From NCBI GenBank assembly GCA_035084275.1, contig CM068759.1:2294001-2358000 (forward strand): a stretch of 64,000 nt of DNA, in the 5' to 3' direction. Below the pieces are notes generated by a model, which worked only from the letters and a program-made list of their open reading frames with translations, searched no databases and was not told where the DNA came from. Source of the DNA: Hydrolagus colliei (Eukaryota). The position numbers were made by a program, and so were the translations under genes. Positions 9,996-23,242 of the stretch are shown piece by piece; positions within the stretch are counted from its first letter, which is position 1; every line of letters begins with the position of its first letter.

Positions 9996-11654
9996 ATATG
10001 CTGATTTGTGCCAAGAGAAATAAATCATACTGAATATGGAACGAGGAACAGGATCAATTTTCCCCAGATTACGCAGCCAGCCAGCACCTTTATGGTGGTT
10101 TTAGCTTCTCATGGACTCTATGCCATTTAAGTTCCAGAAGAACATTTTTATGTAAATCTCCCCTGATATTATCTACAGATTTGACCTCTTCACTCTTCAG
10201 CCCTAGCCTGCTCGCCTTCTCTTCATTGCCTGCAAATTTGCGATCACATCGTATGGGGCAGGTCACGTAGACAGTAGGACAAGTTACAGAGCATTGTCTA
10301 AAATGACTACAAGTGAGAGGAGGCAAAACAAGTGAATCAAAACTGCCAATCGTTCTTATCTTGGGAAAAAGTAACGTGCAAAGCCAGCACCATTTTGATT
10401 TGAGCCACAGGAACCGGCTCCAAGAAACAATGACAGGTGCAGGGTTTTGAAGACTCTTGCAATGCAAAGTGGATCGATTTAGAGTTGAATTTTCCATCTC
10501 GCTGTGGTCCTTCAGCAGCGACTGTAAAACCCATTTGTTTATGGTGATGGGGAGACTGCTTTGTGAGGCTGATGGACTGCGAGCAGCAAGCGGTATGTTG
10601 AGGAGCTTGTGGTTTCTGCATTTTAGTTTTGCATTTGCACGTCGAGTTGCAAACCAGAAACTGTCGATTTTATTTGGATAGCTCCTTCAATCGATCTGTT
10701 TAGTTGCTGAACCTTTTTTTTTAGAAACAGAGCAAAAACTGTCAAACTTTGGCAGAGTTCCAATACTTACTTTTTTTAAAAAACCATGACAGCTGATTTT
10801 ATTTTATAAATGGGTGCCAACAGCTGAAGTGAAACGTCAAATGTGAAGCATCAACTTCAAGGCAATTACAAACACTGTTCTCTCACTACAGACTAGTAAT
10901 CAGCCTCTTTCCCTTCCACACCCACCGGACTACCCTCAAAATGCGTACAGTACCTTCTAATCAGGATTAAAGAGGCCAATCTTTTTTTAATGGCTGTGTG
11001 AGAACATGTTCTGTTTGGCTCCACGAAGGTTTGAGACAGAAAGGAAATTGTTGGAATAAATTCAGCGATCTGAATTTTTGGCTTTCACAGTGTGCTGATG
11101 GTTTCTGCTTGATTTGTAGCATTTTTTTTAAGGCTTTAATGAACCCAATGCACTGGCTACTTTTGTGGCTAGATGCTCATCATCCTTGGTGGGAAAATCT
11201 GCTATCATCAATAAGTCAAAGTTTGATTAACTAGAACATGAAAACATCTGGTTGACGTGCATTTGATTAAGTTACAGTACTGAGGAATTATTTTGTTTTA
11301 CTTTCTTTAAATGCATTTAGACTTGTTTCCACATCTACTCATTCAATAGGCCCGTCTATTATTGCTTCCTCTTTTTTGACCCAAGAGGGTTGGATGGATG
11401 GCTGGGATCAGACATGCCAAGGCAATCTGATAGACTCACACTGGTTCACAAGGAAACTTTGTGGCTGCCTCTTAGATTTATTCGCTGTTTCACGAGCGAG
11501 AGAGGTTCCAAGTAATTTTCGATTGATATGAATTAGTAAAACCCTCATCGCTAGGAACAGGCAAAGTTCGAAGATGAGATTCTGGCTAGATGGACTGACA
11601 TCATGTCTTTTGATGGGATCGATGGGCTGAAGTGCCTCTTATAGCCAAATCAAT

Positions 11655-11775
11655 CCTGCGGTTTTACCCACAAAACACACAGTCCATTCACTTTACAGTA
11701 GATTCTGTGAAACTCTTTGAGACGTCTCAACGACTTGATAAGGCGTAATATCAAATGAAAGGATTATTATTATGA
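11655..11775 (+). mobile_element. tRNA-SINE 3' fragment
   Basis: cccacaaaac..cagtccattcactttacagta...ggattattattatg. Confidence 0.8.
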
Positions 11776-13356
11776 TTAAACATAGTGGTGAATTGTTCTT
11801 CTACTGGTTTTATTTGATATTTTAGGGACGTTGCTGGGATACCAGTGTAGCTTTCATCCTTTTTAAATAACTTGCTTACGTCCTGGATAACCAACAGCAC
11901 ATCACTGGAAGAAATCTCTTCACAAATGTGAATAATAAGTGAAGAGTATGAGTTTGTGTTCCCTGTTTGAACTCTTGATTGAACAACTCGATTTTTAAAA
12001 ATGTCTTATCTTTAAGAAAACAAAACAATTTCAGGAAGCAGTGGCACAATAAAGGGTCAAATTTAATAGTTGCTCCTCTCAGGACCAACAAGGGACCAAA
12101 GAAATAATGTGCGCGTGGATGTTTCCAATGGCAAAACATTCATGTGGGTTGTTAAATGGAGGACAAGTTGAACTGATTGCATTGCAGAGGTGAAATAAAT
12201 GACACAATCTGTCGTTAGCAATGGGTAAGCGAACAATACCAAGACCAGCTCCATTTTCTGATTTTATGACCCAAAACATCTAACTTTGGTCCCACGATCA
12301 TTTTTATTCTTCTTGACACAATGTGTGAGGAAGAGGCCTTGTTTCCTGCCAACACAACGAGGATTGTCTGTCCGTCTATTTGTCCGTCTGTCCGTCTGCC
12401 CCTGTCTCCTGCCCAAAGAATAACTGGATGGGCAGTGCATCCTTTGGTGGGGGTCACTGAATATCGTGGGGATTGTTTGGCAAACATTTCCTTTGGTTTT
12501 GATTCTGCGGTGCTTTGAGTATAACCCAAAGTCCATTTTCCGTGCTCTGCATTTGAACTGCATTTGGGTGGGATGTTTTTAAACCGCTTCGCACAGATGA
12601 GATGACTGCCACAGGGAGTTTGTTTTACACCTTGTTATCTGCACATCAACGCACCACGCCATAGGATAGTAGAACAGAGGCGTGTGTGTTTGCAATCTTC
12701 ACTTTTTTTGTGGAGTTGCACTTCTGCAGGAAGGGAGGTTTGAGGGATGATTCTGATTCTGAGTAACTTTGAGGTGCTGTTAACTCCAAGGCACAATAGA
12801 CTTGTTGGACAGGAAAGATGAATGGAAAAGGCAATAAGGTGCCTTTAGGGAGCCACTGTGTGATTTCAGTGCTTAAGAAATTGGATGAGAAGTCTGTTTG
12901 CAAAGACTCCCTGTTGTGTTGACGTCTGGATTTCCAATGATGATTTGAGAGCTTTTGGAAGGCAATGCAACTGTAGATTTGATGACTAGTTATGGCTAAC
13001 CTTTAGCCTTCGCTTCCCTTTTTGGAGTCATTCTGTTCGTGAGGTTGAGCTTGAAGAATGTGAGAGAATGAAGTGTTGCGCACACTTGACGCTGTATGAG
13101 TGTGCGGATATCGCTGTCCACAGTTATTTAGAGTTTAGGCATATTCCCTGACAAGTTTCAGCAGGTGAATGAACTTTCCTCATCCCTGATTTTTCCTATT
13201 GTGATCGATATTTGAGACGCAATACAGGGGATGAGCACTTTGCCTCGCGGAATGAGGTGAAGGTTGGCTGGAGAATCTTCTTCTCTCACCTTTGCATACT
13301 TCCTGGCTACCAGATACAGGCTGACAGAACCTTAATAAGACTGCCTCACATTCAAT

Positions 13357-13418
13357 AACAACAACCACTTGCATTTATATAGCGTTCTTCATGCCGGACA
13401 GCGTCTCAGAGCCCTTAA
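13357..13418 (-). mobile_element. Solo L2 tail (second type)
   Basis: aacaacaaccacttgcatttatatagcgttcttcatgccggacagcgtctcagagc. Confidence 0.7.
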
Positions 13419-13937
13419 ATAAAATGAAAAAAAATAGTAAAACTTCTCAGCATAATTGAAGTTCAAGCCTTCAGGAAAACTAACGGACACCTTAAACCCC
13501 TTGTATCATGCGCTCACCACTGTGAATGTGGATTTGTATGGCTTCCAAAGGTTATATACCAGTGAGGATTTAATCCTTCCTAATGGTTTTAGACAGCGGG
13601 GTGTACAATGCCAAATGTAGTATTGAAGTACACATGGGTAGTTTTGCTTATTGGATTCTACTCCAATTTGCCTGAAGCTGACAGGTAGGGAGTGGAAGTA
13701 ACTATGACATAAATGGATGTTTGCGAATGAGGTTGTGCGCTTGCCAAGGAAATATAAGAGGCCACCACTGCAGTGTTCCCTCCCACCACAGCCGTGCAGT
13801 GTGATTTTTTAGGGGTTTTGCAAACACAATGCCCTCCCACTTTATAAAGGACTTGTACCCTACCGTGCTCTGAATAACCTGACTCGTATCGCAAATCTAC
13901 GACACTTGCCTATGGTTTCACCCAAGCCCGCAAATTG

Positions 13938-13992
13938 AGACATCTTCCTGACGTGAAAGGCGCTATATACCAGTGTCATTTTGTTGTTGCTG
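13938..13992 (+). mobile_element. Solo L2 tail
   Basis: gacatcttcctgacgtgaaaggcgctatataccagtgtcattttgttgttg. Confidence 0.75.
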
Positions 13993-14394
13993 TGAACCTA
14001 TTGTAAACGTTTATGGTTTCATTTTGTGCCCTTCCCACTTGGAATGTAAGAACCCTATCAGTTTGCCAAATTATCAGCTGGCGTAAAGTGGGCAGGAACA
14101 TTCAACAAAAAAAATAAGGTTCGCATCCACCTCATATTCCTCTCAAGTTTATGACTGGGATAGTGTTTTTTGTGAAAGGCTATTTTGAAGTAGCTAAATA
14201 GCTCCTGGCTGCATCTATTAAAAATATTATTATGTTTACTCATGACCTGTAATGCATTGCAGATTTTGTGTGAATAAAGAGTGTACAGTGCCAGTAGATG
14301 TGGCAGATTTTAGGACGTGCTTATTCAATACAGACAGAACTTCTGCAAACCTGATATTGGTGCATACTAATAAATACCATCATACTAATAAACC

Positions 14395-14776
14395 TTCCGT
14401 TTGATATAATGCCTTATCACATTGTTGAGGCATCTCAGAACGCCTCACAGAATTATACTGTGAAGTGAATTGACTGTATATTTTGCGGGCCAAATATGGC
14501 AGCCAATTACTTACTCGCAACAGAATTTCACAAACAAGTCATGGATTGAATGTCCAATTTATTTATTTATTTATTTAGTCATTCATTCATTCATTCATTG
14601 AAATGATTATTAGCCCAGAAAGCAATCTGCCAATCGACTAACAACCGGGTTTCTACTTACTGCTAAAGTAAACATGGACATGTGGAGGAAGGAAACTTGC
14701 CTAAGGTTTCACCCTGCCCGTAAATTGAACCCGGGTCCTCTTGCTTGTGAGGAACATGCTCTAAACGCTGAGCTAT
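14395..14776 (-). mobile_element. Full-length tRNA-SINE, long subfamily, with internal (TTTA)n(TTCA)n
   Basis: Same head and tail as the 7787 family plus an extra ~65-nt segment at 14611-14677. Confidence 0.85.
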
Positions 14777-14914
14777 ATTTTTAAAAAGATCTTGTTAACT
14801 CTTTCACTCCTCTCTTCTCCCCCACCCCCACCCCACTCCACCCCACCGCACCCACCACTTCCCACCAACACCCCTCCTGAAACAAGTTAACAAAGTAAAA
14901 ATAGTCCATAGGTT

Positions 14915-15150
14915 TGCATCTGGCCTCCTGCATGTCCCTTGTGTCCTCCTCCGTTCCACCATCAGCGGCCGTGCTTTCAGCCCCGTAGCTCTGGAATACT
15001 CTTCCTCTACTCTCTTCATCTTGCCCTCACTTTCCCCATCTTTCGGTCATGCTTGAAGATCAAGCTCAGAGACATGCTCCGTCCCTGACAGGCACTCTGG
15101 GATGCTACCCTGAGTGAGGAGCGCCACATAAAGTTATCGTTGTTGTTTGG
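14915..15150 (+). mobile_element. Degraded L2 3' region
   Basis: tctggcctcctg...tccaccatcagcggccgtgctttcagcc (GGRAFS relic) followed by a tail-like gcactctgggatg...gagcgccacataaag ttgttg. Confidence 0.7.
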
Positions 15151-16109
15151 ATTTGGCAAGAGCCCTGGTTCTATACTTGGTGTTGTGGTTGGCGTCTGTG
15201 GCACGCACGTGCTAAGCTATCGGACTGACCAGAGATCGCTTTTCCCAGGGTTTTTTGTTGTAAAGAAAAACGAGAGGGTTAAAGCACTTGACAATGCCAC
15301 GCTTCAAAGATCTTCTGCACTGATTTTGAAGGAGGCAAAAAAAAAAGTGTGAAATGATAAGGAACAGCTGTGGTGTATTTTGTTGCATCAGTAACTGAGC
15401 TCACCCCTGATTATTATAACATGTGGGTTCTGGTCTGTGTATGACTGAAATTGAACCAATGAGTTTGGGTAGTAGGTCACTTCCGGAATTCGTAGGGCAA
15501 ACTATATGGAACAATAGTTTTTGCAATGCGTAGAAAAATAAATTTGCGTACCAACGGAACCGGGCTGACATAGAATCAAAATACTTCTAAGATTACAGTC
15601 AAGTAATAAAATCTGAACCAGACTGACATCAGGCTTGTGTGTATTGGTTGCACGTTTAAAAATAAAGCTCTGAGTTACAGCACGTTTATGCACTCCCTCC
15701 CCCACCCCACCTCTCCCAGAATTGGGAGTCCCATTCATTATTGAAGAAGATGTAATGTTTATTCCTGTAATGAGTGACGTAAAGTGCCATGCAGCTTACC
15801 AGGATGTAATTCCCCACGGTTGCTTTGACCAGATGAACTCGCAGTTGAGTTTCTGCACAATCACATCTCAGACTGAACCACTGTGCGTTCGTTTTGCTAT
15901 GAAACCTCAAACTTGACACCTATGTGTTGATGTTTGATTGCAACTCAGCCTTTAATGAATTGAAGCAGAACCTCTTTATGTTAATTTTAACTGCATTGAT
16001 TATCCAGCACACAGAAATATTTGGACAAGCGTAAGAATTAGCATTAAAGAACCCCTACCTGCGCAGAAACTGTTTCGAGACACAAGTAATGCAATGAATA
16101 GTATCTCTC

Positions 16110-16240
16110 ACTCTGTGGGTTGCACTTTGCATTTTGCCCACAAATATACAGTCAATTCACTACAGTATATTCTGTGAAGCGCCTTGAGACATCGATAAGA
16201 TGTGAAAAGCGCTATATCAAATGCAAGGATTATTTTTATA
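16110..16240 (+). mobile_element. tRNA-SINE 3' fragment
   Basis: tttgcccacaaatatacagtcaattcac...gcgctatatcaaatgcaaggattatt. Confidence 0.85.
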
Positions 16241-17394
16241 AATCATTTACACTCATGTACAGTATTGACATGATATTAAGTTGTGTAAAATTATTCTAAA
16301 CGATCCAATCCTGGTCCTGCAAACATGCAATATTATGGTGACATTGATTCTAAAAGACAATATCTACCCTAAATCAAAGACAGAATTTATCTCAGTGGAT
16401 CTTTAAACCTGTTGTGCATCTGTGAGATCCTGAGAGACTAATCCTGTAATGTACTGGAAACAGATGACAAACAAAAATTTAGATACATGATACAAATGTT
16501 TTAACTCTTTCATCCATAAATGGGCCCACAAAGCATATGTGGGCCCATTTATACAATCATATTGTTTGTTGATGAGCACTGAACTTTGAAATTGATACCT
16601 GTAAAGAAGAGACAGTATATGTAAGGAGGGCAAGAAAGCCAATAACATTGGTGGCACAAATATCCCACATCATTTTGAATCGTATCCCCCCAATTCTTTT
16701 CCTCATAATCCATGAATACCTTTCCCGAATATCCATCTCTCTATCTCCGGTTTCTATACCCCATTGTGATGCTGTCTGCAACAACTTGCATTTATATAGC
16801 GCTATTATCCCATCTGAAGCAGTGGAGACAGATGAGAGCAGCCTTCAGTTTGTGTTCCCTGTGTGGAGTTTTAACCAACGTTGGTCACATTGTAACCTGA
16901 ACAGCTGATGTAAGGTCTTTGGATCAGTGATGATTCAATATGTCTGCAGTGGATTTATCATTTGAAATTTGGGAAGCAACAGCATCAATTTGGCAATAAA
17001 AGATGAGAAGTTTCATATTCTTAAACATCGAGCCCTTAACAAGTGATCCATCACTTGTCACCATTTCAAGTTTCCTTAAGTAGTTTGTTAGTAACTTAGT
17101 TGGGGACTGTGAGCTATATGAGTCATGGTTTGGAAGGTCAAGATGATGGAAATCCTGAGAAGACTGCTAATAATTATGCACAGAGTTGTAATGTAGGCGC
17201 ACTAATAGGCAATGTAGCCTTCTGCTTCTAATTTTGTCTGAGCTAGAAGCATTGACATTCTATCCTGTAGAAGCTGTTCAAAAAGTACACAATGAGGTAC
17301 AGTAATTGAATTGCTTTGCTGAAGGTAATGTGAACTTAATGTTCCCGTAATCTAATTTTGGGGTTGCGTTTATTGAATCTGAGCCTTATAGCAA

Positions 17395-17720
17395 TTACAG
17401 AGTAGGAAGAAGCCATTCAGATCATCTATAAGCAAGACTGTACAAGATCATCTACAGGAGTAATAGCTTTCCTAACCCCAATTCACTGCTCTTTATATAT
17501 AACCTTTTGCATTTCAGCATCTTGGGACATTCTCCTGACGTGAAAGGCACTATATAATTGTACAGTAATTTTGTTGTTGTTCTGTATTCAAATGTTTATC
17601 CAAATCTTTGATATGTAATGGTCTCATCTTAATTTGTCACTTGTGAGAAAAAACATTCACAGTAACTAACGCATTGAAAGTTTCCTCTAAATATCCCCCT
17701 TAAATCTTCCAATTTAATTC
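17395..17720 (-). mobile_element. Probable old CR1 3' fragment, interrupted by a + strand L2 tail (17513-17582)
   Basis: gaagccattcagatcatc start and aagtttcctctaaatatcccct resemble reverse CR1 3' ends; the L2 tail is clear. Confidence 0.45.
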
Positions 17721-18422
17721 CTGCTCGTATGCAAATTTACTAGCAGCACGTAAATAAAATCATTCACGACACAGCCTGAATACTTGTCAGAATTTTTGAA
17801 GACTTCTATTAGGAGGTGGTGGAATTTATGTGTGTCCAGGTAACATCAGCCACAATTAATTCATCAACTGTCACATTTTCCTACAATAAGATCTAATTTA
17901 CAGGACAGACTATGAGGAAATTTCCCTCCAGCTAACTGTGTTTACAGGGTTGTGAAATCTCTGGGAAGTGACCAACGGAAATGTTGTCTCATACATAGCT
18001 TGTTTGCCTCGCAAGCTTGCAACTGTTTACAACTGGCTCGTTCTTCTCTTATGAAAGGGAGATCCCTCCAAGGAAATTCTACGTCCAGTTTCTTTGCACA
18101 ATACAGTACAAACAATTGTAAATGTCTGGAGCAGTTGTGAGCCATTCACAGAAAATTGTCCCATTTCCGGCCAAAAAACTTTGTAACTATCTAATGTAAA
18201 ATTAATTTTTTTTTAAGAACACACTGAACAGGGATAGGATTGATAAAGCCTGAGGTAGTGCTGTTTATCAAATCATTCAAGTGGTTAAGGATTTTGTTCG
18301 GTGGAATGTAACCTAATTGCAGATCTGCACAAGGAATCAACAGCAACTTGCGTTTGTCTCGAGCCCTCCACGCCGGGTGGCTTCTCAAAGTGCTTCACAA
18401 TGTCAGAGCCCGAGGCTGAGCC

Positions 18423-18456
18423 GGGGGTGGTGGGGGGGGCGGGGGGGGGGGGGGGG
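18423..18456. repeat. Poly-G tract
   Basis: Direct reading. Confidence 0.9.
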
Positions 18457-18624
18457 TGCAGTGACCATAAGTGCAGTCCACGAGAGAGGTCTTGTGGGAT
18501 AACTGGTGAATCTGTCATTCAACCGCTTTTGAACAGAGTATCTGTGAGCGTTGTCATTCTTGCAGTAACCTCTTCAAGATCAACGGAGCTCAGTTGTCGT
18601 CGGGATTCCAGCATTTCACAGATG

Positions 18625-18715
18625 ATCGCGCTTAAGAGTGGCAGAGAGCGCCTCAATTGCATGAAAGGCCCCTATACAAGTGTAACTTTGTTGTTGTTGT
18701 TGTTGTTGTTGTGGT
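18625..18715 (+). mobile_element. L2 tail with (TTG)n
   Basis: catgaaaggcccctatacaagtgtaactttgttgttgttg... Confidence 0.65.
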
Positions 18716-19680
18716 TGGATAGCCAGAAATTGTGTGAGAGCTTCTGTGCTCATGTGTTGGGGGACCTTGCTTCACTCTTGTCGTCTGGCATCACGGAAGG
18801 AAGGAATTCCTGCTGCAAGTACATACAATAAATGGGAAGTGTAAGAACCTGTTTTGGCCGGACATATTTATTCAGATCAGCAGTTTTGCTCGTGTAAAGT
18901 TTTTCCCACTGCTCGAGTGCAGCAGCGAATATATTCACAAGCATGCAAACTAACCATCTGTCAGGAAGTGAAACTTTAAGGTACTGGTTTATTTTTGAAT
19001 CAACAGAGGATTTTAAAAAAATGCCATAACAATTATTGCAACGTTCCAAATTGTACAAATTTGGTGGACCTTACTCCAAACCCCCACCTCCCCTCCCTTT
19101 TTAAGAAAGACTTTAATTGGAAAAAATACAGATTTTTTTTCACCAACGTTTTCAAACCTGTTTCGCGAGGCGGTAGAAAATGAAACAAAATTCCAGTCAT
19201 TTACGAAGTAAGTAGTACAGCCATCCAGCTTTAGAGAAAAGTCTGACTGCACATTTTGGTTCTGACTGTCTTGTTTCATTTATTCAGATTGCACTGTGAA
19301 TTGACACTGTCTTTAAGGAACTATCTCTTTGCAGCCTTTGCGGGTCAACGAACAAACTTAGATCACCAGATCACAAAATGAGTTTGGATGAAAAAGACAT
19401 TTTGGCCCTTCTCATCTCACCCTTCCAAAATATTCGCCCGGACACTTTCCAAACACAGCATTTTGTGTGTTGAATGAGCTTCTTTGAATGAGTTTGAATG
19501 GCCTGACGGACAATATATTCATTAATTACCCACTGAGTAAAGACCTACTTCCTGGTATCTGTCCTGAAAGTGTCCTGTGCAACCCCAAACCCACATCCTC
19601 TTGCTCTACCATAGTTGTGCATCTAAAAGTATTGTTCAGGGTTTACTATTTCAACCCCAGGAAAAATTGTATGTTACTCG

Positions 19681-19985
19681 ATAATAATAATAATAATCCT
19701 TGCCTTTGATATGGTGCTTTTCACGTCTTCTGGACGTCTCAAAACACTTCACAGAATATACTGTGAATTGACTGTACACATGTGGGCGAAACGCGGCAGC
19801 CAATTGCACACAGCAGCGTCCCACAAACAGTCGTGGATTGAAATGGCCACTTTTATTGGTTTTTTTTGGAGGATTATTATTAGGCGTGTGGAGTAAGGAA
19901 ACTTACCCAAGGTTTCTCCTTATCCTGCCTGGATTCGAACACAGGTCTCATGCCTGTAAGGTGAGTGCTCTAACCACTGAGTTTC
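19681..19985 (-). mobile_element. Full-length tRNA-SINE
   Basis: (AAT)n ccttgc...cttcacagaatatactgt...ggattcgaacacaggtctc...ctaaccactgag. Confidence 0.9.
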
Positions 19986-22091
19986 ATATGTACAGAGCCT
20001 CGCTAAGCTATGCGCATCTCTTCGAAGAAGACTGATACAAAGTCATTTGTCACTGTTGTTTCTGCTCAAAATTACTACTAAGAGAGATAGAGATGTCTTC
20101 TCATCTCTCCTTAGGCATGAGTGGCAAGATCCATTGTTAGTTTGGCATCTTTACCAACGTGCCTTATCTGCTGGATGTTGGCAGATGGTCTTTCTGTGCG
20201 TGTGGTTGGCAGGGGAAGGAAGGAGGAAGGCGGTATCTTATAGATATGCATAACTTGTGGCTGGTTTAATGATAAGCTTGTCTCTTTCTCCCTTTATGGA
20301 TGAAGCTTTCGGATTAGACTAAACAAAATAACAACTGAGTTGTTTAAGATGGCTTTCAAAAAAAAATCTGCACAGGAGGCAAGTAAACAGACGCCTGCTC
20401 CAGTGTTTCATTGGAACCAGTATATCTGCTCGATGTAAACCAAAGAGAGGGGAGGGTGATAAGTGAGCATTGCTGCCTGTGCCAATTCATAACCAACCAG
20501 GGATATATGGCCATTAACGAATGTGCCAATGAACGTGGCTTTGAGAATCATGTTTTATTTTTAAGGCAACTGTTCAGGAGTCTAATATGTTGCCTGGTAC
20601 TTGGTGATGACAATCTGTGTAGGCTGTACCATTTCCTGGCAACCTTTGCGTTTTTGCCTTTTTATTCAAAAAAAACCACGCAAGACTAATTTCTGCCTAT
20701 TCGAATGCCTCGTCATTGATAATAGCTGCAATCTTTCAGATTGCTTTTTTCCTATGATCCCAAATCCACTGAACCAGCTGTTTCAGGTCAATGTTCGTGC
20801 TTACTACTCGTGTTTCATACAAAGTTTTTTTTAAAAAAAGTGGATGTGAAGCATGTTAGGAACGCTTAATAAATATAATTGCAAAAGTAACTCTATTGCT
20901 GCTACCACATGCATCACATGCCGATGGTGAGATTTTACTCAATCACAGAACCTTTTGCTGTGTCAAGGCTTATTATCACAGATGTGGTATGCCCTCCAAA
21001 TCCAGTTAAATCCAATCCCGTCCCTATGAAACACTCTGAAACCATACCCTATGTGAAGGGGGCTGTATAAATACAAGTTGTTGTGTTTCCGGAATGGACA
21101 AAAGAGGTCTCGAGCTTCTAGAAATTGGCCAATTCCTCAGGGTAGATCTTTCGTGCTGTCGCAGTTTTCCCCGTTTTTAACTCTTGAGAGAATTGAGAAC
21201 CTATAACACGTGACTCGGTGTTAAGTCTTTTGTGGGGTGGGGGTTATGACAAATCTTTTCAGGGTTTTCATTCACATCACATGGAATGCGGAGTCACAGT
21301 CGTGGGACTGGTTGCCTTTTATTCCGGAACAAAACCTAAACTGCACCATGATTGCACCAGTGTGGTGCAGTGTTGTGTGTCCCAATCAAACCTTTCATTT
21401 GGAATGACGGCTTCGCAATGGTCAGCCTGTAACTTAGTCCCTCTGAAAGATGTGGTTGTCTCGGTGTAGCAATCTCGGGGGCTTGCGTGTGCATGTTTGT
21501 CCTAAAAACAAATCCCGTAATACTTTCCTTCCCACCGCCAAATTCAGGCAAGAAAAGGAAAAGAGTTAGACTGTTTTGAAAAAAAACACGAAAATGGTCT
21601 TTTTCGCTTTTCTTTCGTCTGGCGAGGAAACCTTTCAGATGGAAACAAAACACGCAATTTAACCCTTGCTCCCTCAGCAAAGGCATTCGGTTCAGGAATG
21701 TATCTTGGACCAGCACCAGATGTGCTTACTTAAGTAGTTTTGTTTCAACCAGATCAATCGAGGGACAGATGCAGCCAGATTATTTTTGCCTTTCCCTTCC
21801 TCAAACAATTGCTGTCAACACGCCTGGGCAAAATTTAAACCTGAAACTTGTAATACAAGGCATATAAGCCTAGCGTTCTTCAATGCAGTATATGCAGCTC
21901 ACTTTTGCTTCCTGTTTTTCTTCACCTCAAAAGGGAGATGCTGTCAGATAAAGGTGTCGAATAAAGCTTTAGATAAGATGTTTTTGAAATTCCTTTGGTG
22001 GCCTAGCTTTCGTTCGTCTTTGCAGTTGCAATGCCCAAGATTCGGCTTGTGTAAAAAGTAATTGGAGTCTTTTTTTTTGTTCCCTCTTTAG

Positions 22092-22163
22092 GCTTTTCTC
22101 CACCGGAATCATCAGAATGACAATGAGAAATCTGAAAAGCAAATCACTGGAGACAATCTCAAG
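22092..22163 (+). CDS. PREX1: PREX1 exon 2 (DH): AFLHRNHQNDNEKSEKQITGDNLK
   Basis: tttag|GCT...AAG|gtataa; 72 nt, phase 0/0; AFLHR motif and 24-aa length match P-Rex1. Confidence 0.9.
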
Positions 22164-22264
22164 GTATAACTGGGCGAACTGCTGAAACATTTCAATGAAA
22201 GTACTTTCTCTGGATATTTATGCTTTGCAAAAACAGTGATCGTTTCAAGACCCTCTGCTTCCAC

Positions 22265-22428
22265 TGTGTCTTTGGTCAACTTCTTACCCTCACCCTCCCC
22301 GCCCTTCACCCCTCCTTATTCCAAACACTAGCTCGGCTGCATATCCCTGAACTGTCCAGCACCTTTGGGATGTCCTCCTGACGTGAAAGGCACGATACAA
22401 ATGTAATGTTTTGGTGTTGTTCTTGTTG
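22265..22428 (+). mobile_element. L2 3' end just downstream of exon 2
   Basis: C-rich UTR, agctcgg...ctgtccagcacctttgggatgtcctcctgacgtgaaaggcac...gttgtt. Confidence 0.8.
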
Positions 22429-22879
22429 ATCCCACTAAATTCGCTTTGAGTTGAGTAAGACAGCCTGAAGTAAAGGCAGCTGGGTGAGAATACAAATGCA
22501 CATGTTGCCTCCACAATTTCTATCTGTAAAGAGAGAGTGGATTCCAGGCACCAACATCCTAAGGCTATTTCTCAATAAGTCTGTAATCTTAACAGTAGGG
22601 TTACACTAGAAACTGGCAAGCCAAGCTACTGTTTAAATTCCAGTTTCAGCTGACGTTTGCATTCCAGCATCTCCCAGAAGGTGATCAGTATTCTCGGCTA
22701 AGTCATTGCTTCTAGCACCAAATGGAGGTGAGGTGCTGAGCAAGTGAGGAAAAAGGAGACATTTTCTCCTTCATTTACACTCAGGCCGCCTTGAACTAAG
22801 CTAGCCCGAGAGCCGATCTTGAGTGCTCTGAGGCTTTCCGATGCCTTGAAATATCCTTCCTTTTTTTTTTCGTTTAAGG

Positions 22880-23080
22880 TCTGGAATTCAAGACGGAGAT
22901 GGCCTGTCGTATTTCTGTCCTGCGCACATGCAAACTCTTGCATCAATCCAGGGATACTTGGTCATTCCCTTCATGGCTGATTGTGGGGACGTTGCATACA
23001 CGACTCACGCAGTCTTGCAGTCAAAGCCTGTGAAGCGCTTTGAGACGTCTTTCGAACGTGACAGCGCACTGTATCGCACA
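22880..23080 (+). mobile_element. Degraded DeuSINE 3' part
   Basis: tggtcatt...ggctgattgtggggacgttgc...tgtgaagcgctttgagacgtc. Confidence 0.5.
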
Positions 23081-23176
23081 GTCGGGTTGGCATTATGACC
23101 CCCACGCTTTTACTTTTTGGCCGTGAAAGTTCTCTGGTCTCCGGGGGAAAGATCCACCTTGAGATACGGTGGTGAA

Positions 23177-23242
23177 AACAACAGCAAAATTACATTTGTA
23201 CGGCTCCTTTCATGTCGGGAGGATGTGCCAAGGTGCTAAGGC
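23177..23242 (-). mobile_element. Solo L2 tail
   Basis: aacaacagcaaaattacatttgtac..cctttcatgtcgggaggatgtgccaaggtgct. Confidence 0.75.

Noticed and set aside
1-22091. PREX1 exon 1 (LRLCVLNEI..TERDYV) or a nested gene in intron 1
   Set aside because: I found no such peptide or CpG-island promoter by eye. A small alternative first exon cannot be excluded without RNA data.
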